DNA from: Promethearchaeota archaeon
GTDB lineage: Archaea; Asgardarchaeota; Lokiarchaeia; Sigyniarchaeales; SOKP01
Assembly (NCBI GenBank): GCA_030606485.1
Contig: JAUWGH010000009.1
Span: forward strand, 30,001 to 62,000
Reading direction: 5' to 3'
Length of the DNA stretch: 32,000 bases
Under the pieces are notes generated by a model. That model was given only the letters and a program-made list of their open reading frames with translations. It was not told where the DNA came from and made no database searches. Position numbers and translations under genes: made by a program. Positions 27,508-32,000 of the stretch are shown in pieces; position 1 is the stretch's first letter; each line of letters starts with the position of its first letter.

Positions 27508-28488
27508 ATATCTGAAATAATTACTCTCAAAAAAATCGAGGATGCACAAAAGAGAATCAGTGATTTTATCAAGAGAACACCTCTTATCTATTCGGAGTTT
27601 ATTAGTGAGCTATGTAATGGCACAGTCTATCTTAAGTTGGAGAACCAACAACTCACCAACGCTTTCAAGATACGAGGAGCATTTAACCTAATGATGCAAT
27701 TAAGTACAGAAGAGAGGTCTCGTGGTGTTGTTACCGCTTCATCAGGGAATCATGCATTGGCAGTAGCCTTAGCTGCAAAACATTTAGGCATCTTTGCCAT
27801 AATTGTAGTTCCGACGAATGTATCAAAAGCCAAGCTAAACAAGATGAAGGAGTATGATATCAAAGTTATTCAAGAAGGAGACTTCGAAGAGATCTATACA
27901 AAAGCAAGAGAGATATCTACCAGCGAGGGTCTAACCTACATCAGTTCGTACAATGATCTAGAGGTTATAGCAGGTCAAGGAACAATAGGTCTTGAAATCT
28001 ATGAAGAGATTGGACGGGTAGATTCAATCATTGTTCCTGTTGGTGGAGGAAGCTTGATTTCTGGTATTGCCATTGCAGTAAAATCTTTTAATCCTAATAC
28101 CAGGATAATAGGGGTTCAGACAGGGGGAGCTTCCACAATGTATGAGTCTTGGAAAGCTAGAAGAGTGGTAAGCGTCGAAGAGTATCATACATTAGCGGAA
28201 GGTCTATTGGGTGGTCTTGATCCCGAAGCTATCACCCTAGAATTGATACAAAAATATGTAGATGAGTTAGTCTTAGTAAAAGAGAGAAGTATTGAAGAAG
28301 CAATCCGCCTTTTATGGAAGAAAGAGGGGCAGATCGTTGAAGGAGCAGGAGCAACGACCATTGCCCATATTCTAGAAGAAAAACGAAAATTCGTAAAAAA
28401 GAAGGTGGTAGCCGTAGTGAGTGGGGGAAACATCGAAGACTCCTTATTTCAAGAGATTTTAAGTACAGAACAGACTAGTAAAGATTGA
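27508..28488 (+). CDS. PLP-dependent threonine/serine dehydratase (IlvA/TdcB/serine racemase family), no ACT domain; start upstream of the ORF track (probable ATA 27508)
   Basis: ITLKKIEDAQKRISDFIKRTPL...VYLKLENQQLTNAFKIRGA, TASSGNHA, AGQGTIGLEI, PVGGGSLISG, VVSGGNI. In-frame TAA at 27469-27471. Confidence 0.9.
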   Translation: MSEIITLKKIEDAQKRISDFIKRTPLIYSEFISELCNGTVYLKLENQQLTNAFKIRGAFNLMMQLSTEERSRGVVTASSGNHALAVALAAKHLGIFAIIVVPTNVSKAKLNKMKEYDIKVIQEGDFEEIYTKAREISTSEGLTYISSYNDLEVIAGQGTIGLEIYEEIGRVDSIIVPVGGGSLISGIAIAVKSFNPNTRIIGVQTGGASTMYESWKARRVVSVEEYHTLAEGLLGGLDPEAITLELIQKYVDELVLVKERSIEEAIRLLWKKEGQIVEGAGATTIAHILEEKRKFVKKKVVAVVSGGNIEDSLFQEILSTEQTSKD

Positions 28489-28494
28489 AAAACC

Positions 28495-28643
28495 CTTAAA
28501 TTATTATTAACTAAGATAAAATATATAAATTTAACATTATTTAAAGCTTTTAAATAATTTCCACCAATAAGATATCTTAAATTTGAATCTGAAGGTTAGA
28601 CATTTTCTTATGATTGATGATAGCAAAGATGAAACTTTAATTG
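28495..28643 (+). repeat. Right copy of the ~145 bp imperfect direct repeat
   Basis: tttaaagcttttaaataatttccaccaataagatatcttaaatttgaatctgaaggttagacattttcttatgattgatgatagcaaagatgaaa; offset about 5.1 kb from the left copy. Confidence 0.85.
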
Positions 28644-29137
28644 GTTTGATAGCAGATACACACATCCCTTCCCGATGTGCAGAAATTCCTAAAATAATTA
28701 TTGATGATTTTTTAGATAAGGGAGTAGATTATGTGTTTCATTTAGGCGACTTTACTGAGTATCGTGTGTATGAAGGGTTGCAAGATATATTTGGAAAGGA
28801 AAAGGTTATTGGAATTAGGGGGAATATGGATGATTCGAAGATAAATTCAAAATTGCCTGAACGCATAGAATTAACCGCGTATGGACATAATATTTTATTA
28901 TTACATGGCTGGGGTGGTCCTAATATGGTGATACGACGTCTAAAGAAACATGTTGATTTGGATAAATACCATATTATATTATTTGGACATATACACAAGC
29001 CATTAACCGAGAAGGTTGATAATCAATATTTTATTAATCCTGGGACCCCAACAGATAAAAAATTCACGGACATTAACTCATATGGTTTTTTAACTTTATC
29101 AAAGGAGAAAATCGAACCTAAAATTTGTTATTTATAA
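28610..29137 (+). CDS. Calcineurin-like metallophosphoesterase, YfcE/MJ0936/Vps29-like
   Basis: IADTH, HLGD, GNMD, LHG, FGHIH, INPGT motifs; ATG 28610 preferred to TTG 28583. Confidence 0.9.
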   Translation: MIDDSKDETLIGLIADTHIPSRCAEIPKIIIDDFLDKGVDYVFHLGDFTEYRVYEGLQDIFGKEKVIGIRGNMDDSKINSKLPERIELTAYGHNILLLHGWGGPNMVIRRLKKHVDLDKYHIILFGHIHKPLTEKVDNQYFINPGTPTDKKFTDINSYGFLTLSKEKIEPKICYL

Positions 29138-29366
29138 TTTTTTAAATATCTCAAATTGAATTAATATTTAGATTTTTTTTCCATTTGTATCATTTTTTAA
29201 TTTATTCTATAGTAATATTTAAATTGTGATAAAAATCGGTCTCCTATTATTTTTTAAATTAATTAAAAATTGAGATATTAAACATTTTAAAAAAAATATT
29301 GCTTAATTAAATATTTTTATTCCAAAATTTAACGAATTTTTTAAAAAGTAAAGATAAAGTGGTTTT

Positions 29367-30329
29367 ATGACTGAATATGGTATAGAAACATTTGATCTCA
29401 CAAAAATTTATGATGGTACTTTATTAGCTGTGGATGAATTGAATCTTAAAATTCCAAAGGGAAAAATATTTGGATTTTTAGGACCAAATGGAGCTGGAAA
29501 AACAACAACAATTAAAATGCTCTCAACTATTTTGCCGATTACTAAAGGTACTGCTCAAATTCTTGGTTATGATTTAATAAAAGAGCGAAAAAATATACGG
29601 AAATTAATCGGAGTTTGCCCTCAAGAATTAGTTTTATGGGATAAACTAACAGCACGTGAAAATATTCAATTAATCGCTAAGATGCATAAAATCCACCCCA
29701 CAGATTATAAGGAACGAGCAGATGAATTGCTTGGTAAAATGAATCTGCTTGATCGAGCCGATGATTTAACTGAAAAATATTCAGGTGGTATGAAACGCAG
29801 AATTAATGTACTTATGGCGGTTATACATGAACCTGAGGTAATCTTTTTTGACGAACCAACTGCAGGTTTAGATCCTCAATCTAGACGCGTTGTGTGGGAT
29901 TTCATTAAGGATTTTGAAAAAGAAAATAAAACAATAATATTAACTACTCACAACATGGAAGAAGCAGATGATCTTTCAGATGAACTTGCGATTATTGATT
30001 ATGGAAAGATTATTGCAGAAGGAACACCTCAGGAACTCAAAGGAAAAATCGGACGTGGTGATATAATCGGGTTTCGATTGTTAGATGATAAACTCGAATT
30101 TAGAGAAAAAGTTGTGGAAGATTTAGAACAAAATCCAGCAGTTCTATGGGCAAAATCACTTGGGAAAGAACGAGTTTCATTTAGTGCATTAGATGGTTTA
30201 CGAAAAATTTCAGGCTTTTATGATGAATTAGAGTCGAAATTTGGAGTAAAAATGCATGATTTAGTTATCAGACAAAATACTTTAGAAGATGTATTTTTAG
30301 ATTTAACTGGGAGGACTTTACGCGATTAG
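29367..30329 (+). CDS. ABC-2 type exporter ATP-binding protein (DrrA-like)
   Basis: GPNGAGKTT, YSGGMKRR, FFDEPTAGLDPQSR, LTTHNMEEAD, TLEDVFLDLTGR. Confidence 0.95.
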   Translation: MTEYGIETFDLTKIYDGTLLAVDELNLKIPKGKIFGFLGPNGAGKTTTIKMLSTILPITKGTAQILGYDLIKERKNIRKLIGVCPQELVLWDKLTARENIQLIAKMHKIHPTDYKERADELLGKMNLLDRADDLTEKYSGGMKRRINVLMAVIHEPEVIFFDEPTAGLDPQSRRVVWDFIKDFEKENKTIILTTHNMEEADDLSDELAIIDYGKIIAEGTPQELKGKIGRGDIIGFRLLDDKLEFREKVVEDLEQNPAVLWAKSLGKERVSFSALDGLRKISGFYDELESKFGVKMHDLVIRQNTLEDVFLDLTGRTLRD

Positions 30330-30341
30330 GAGGTGGATAAT

Positions 30342-31535
30342 ATGAATAAAGATGTATCAAAGAAAAGAAAACCTATGGGAAAAATATTAGGTAATTTACG
30401 CCGATTTATGGGAATTGTGAATAAATTTCTCAAGTCAAGTTATAGGGATAAACCATTGTATTTCTGGGTTTTTGGATATCCATTATTATTTATGTTTATT
30501 TACTATATTGCATTCGGGGGAACAACTAGACCGACTTATACAATTGCAATTATTAATTATGACAGTTTGGTAATGGAGGGGCAAGCAGAAAATGAAATTA
30601 TTGATTTTAGCTCTATTTTTATTATAAATCTTTTTAATCCAGAAAATTCTGACAGCAACCTCAGTGAAACATTTGTGCTTCAAAACGATTTAACTGAAGC
30701 TGAAGGAATTAGAGCTATTCAAGCAGATACTATAGATGCTTTAATTATAATTCCAAAAAATTTTAGCGAAATTATACATGGAGTAATCGAAGGTGAAGCG
30801 CCTTCTATAATTATATATACAAGCCCAGATCCTATGGAGAAAGACATAATTCCAAGTATTTTTGATGGAATAATCAACAATCTTATCTTAGCATATAATA
30901 ATATTGAAGAATTATCGATATCTCATTTAATAACTGGAGATGTTTTTGATCCTTTTGATTGGATAATGCCTGGAATGGTTATTGCAGGTATTACTGTAGC
31001 AATAATGAATGTTGCAACCTTATTTGCAAGAGAAATGGAAAAAGGTTTGATGGAGAGGTTAGACACTACTCCAGTTCCTCGATCTGTACAACTTTTAGGT
31101 GGAGGAGCCGCACAAATTATTTTTAGTTCTGTACAAGGTTTAATTCTTATGCTATGTTTATTGTTGTTTGGTGTTCAAGTTGCAGGAAATGCTGATTGGA
31201 TAGCCGCTTTTGTGAATGTTATAGTAACTGCATATATGTGCATAGGGTGTGGATTAATTGTCGCCGCTCTTGTTAGAAATGCGGATAGTGCAGGAGGAAT
31301 AGCTTGGATAATTATTTTACCTTTTCAATTTTTTGGTAATTTAATAATGAGTTTGGGTGATACATTATTTAATAGAATATTTCCAACTTATTATGCAGGT
31401 CGTGCGATGCGAAATGTATTAATCGACGGATTTGGACTTATAGAAATATTGCCTGATCTCCTAACGATTTTTATTTTTGGCACAGTTTTCATCCTAATTG
31501 CCCTATTAATTTTCAAAAAACGTAGAAAACTTTGA
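30342..31535 (+). CDS. ABC-2 type exporter permease
   Basis: One N-terminal TM, a large extracellular loop, five C-terminal TMs, REMEKGLMERLDTTP; SD GGAGGTGG at 30329 favours ATG 30342. Confidence 0.9.
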   Translation: MNKDVSKKRKPMGKILGNLRRFMGIVNKFLKSSYRDKPLYFWVFGYPLLFMFIYYIAFGGTTRPTYTIAIINYDSLVMEGQAENEIIDFSSIFIINLFNPENSDSNLSETFVLQNDLTEAEGIRAIQADTIDALIIIPKNFSEIIHGVIEGEAPSIIIYTSPDPMEKDIIPSIFDGIINNLILAYNNIEELSISHLITGDVFDPFDWIMPGMVIAGITVAIMNVATLFAREMEKGLMERLDTTPVPRSVQLLGGGAAQIIFSSVQGLILMLCLLLFGVQVAGNADWIAAFVNVIVTAYMCIGCGLIVAALVRNADSAGGIAWIIILPFQFFGNLIMSLGDTLFNRIFPTYYAGRAMRNVLIDGFGLIEILPDLLTIFIFGTVFILIALLIFKKRRKL

Positions 31536-31551
31536 AGGAGGTTGCTTATAA

Positions 31552-32000
31552 ATGAAAATCCTTAAAAAATTACTATTAATATGGCTACTATGTGGTTTAA
31601 TTTTAACTTTTGAACTAAAAATGACAAAATCTATAGAAACACAGATTTCTGATAATGTTTATGATACAGAATCTATTTCGACAATGAGTGGAAAAATAGA
31701 AGATGTTGGTGTTGACATTACGATTAATTTAACCTATTATTTAAAGTATTATTTTGATACAAAACCTAATTTTACTCTATTTGTTTATATTTCTCAACTT
31801 AATGGATATCTAGTTCCTAAATATATTCAAATATTCTATAAACTAAGTAAAGGTGAGACCTATCAGTTCTTAAACATACTTGGTGGAATTGCATACCAAA
31901 CACAACCTTTTCTCTATAATTTCAATTCTTCCAGTACATCAAATGTGGGTGAAAATAAATCTGCGAATGTGTGGATACGATTTGGTTATTCTATAAATGG
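31552..32000 (+). CDS. Partial secreted/membrane protein (runs off the window)
   Basis: SD GGAGGT at 31537; MKILKKLLLIWLLCGLILTFEL looks like a signal peptide; frame stays open to base 32000. Confidence 0.7.
   Translation, partial: MKILKKLLLIWLLCGLILTFELKMTKSIETQISDNVYDTESISTMSGKIEDVGVDITINLTYYLKYYFDTKPNFTLFVYISQLNGYLVPKYIQIFYKLSKGETYQFLNILGGIAYQTQPFLYNFNSSSTSNVGENKSANVWIRFGYSIN

Larger units (their letters stand above)
23540..28495. mobile_element. Probable horizontally acquired ~5 kb island (no mobility gene seen)
   Basis: Higher GC in the ABC genes (33/60 at 25261-25320 vs 12/60 at 16141-16200); flanked by the direct repeat. Confidence 0.55.

Noticed and set aside
28589-28620. CTGA...TGATGA (box D / box C-like words) in both repeat copies
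   Set aside because: The order is D-before-C with no flanking C/D pair or terminal stem, and TGATGA is explained by the codons I-D-D. No support for a C/D sRNA or K-turn.
25053-28998. Several overlapping short ORFs within the ABC, dehydratase and phosphoesterase genes
   Set aside because: Alternative-frame artefacts, favoured by higher GC within confident CDSs.
1-32000. CRISPR array, rRNA, transposase or integrase
   Set aside because: No regularly spaced repeats, rRNA-like segments or mobility-gene motifs seen in the window.

Overview
AT-rich archaeal DNA that reads as Asgard archaeal, most likely Lokiarchaeia-like. This is inferred from the actin-related, gelsolin, two roadblock and MglA-type GTPase genes, the intron-containing tRNAs and the GGAGGTG-type Shine-Dalgarno (SD) sites. 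From left to right: a GCS2 carboxylate-amine ligase (probably 5'-truncated by the window) with an amidohydrolase; a TPR/coiled-coil protein; a roadblock gene missed by the ORF track; an MFS transporter; tandem tRNA-Thr(GGU, 1 intron) and tRNA-Met(CAU, 2 introns); nnr. Next is a ~9.7 kb co-oriented run: gelsolin-domain protein, roadblock, a CDC48-N-like/poly-Pro/vWA protein, AbrB-ACT, a coiled-coil protein, a divergent actin-related protein, a catalytically degenerate CHAT protein and a degenerate PLD-fold protein. Then come a type IIG restriction-modification enzyme, an MglA-like GTPase, and a ~5.1 kb island (higher-GC polar amino-acid ABC transporter plus Thr/Ser dehydratase) bracketed by a ~145 bp imperfect direct repeat. 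The window ends with a YfcE/Vps29-like phosphoesterase, an ABC-2 exporter pair and a partial secreted protein. Three signals stand out: (1) the actin-related/pseudo-CHAT/vWA-DPBB/gelsolin cluster; (2) four genes that appear to initiate at ATT/ATA/ATC behind well-spaced SD sites; (3) the island flanked by a duplicated promoter and gene start. All family calls come from motif recognition by eye; no searches were run.
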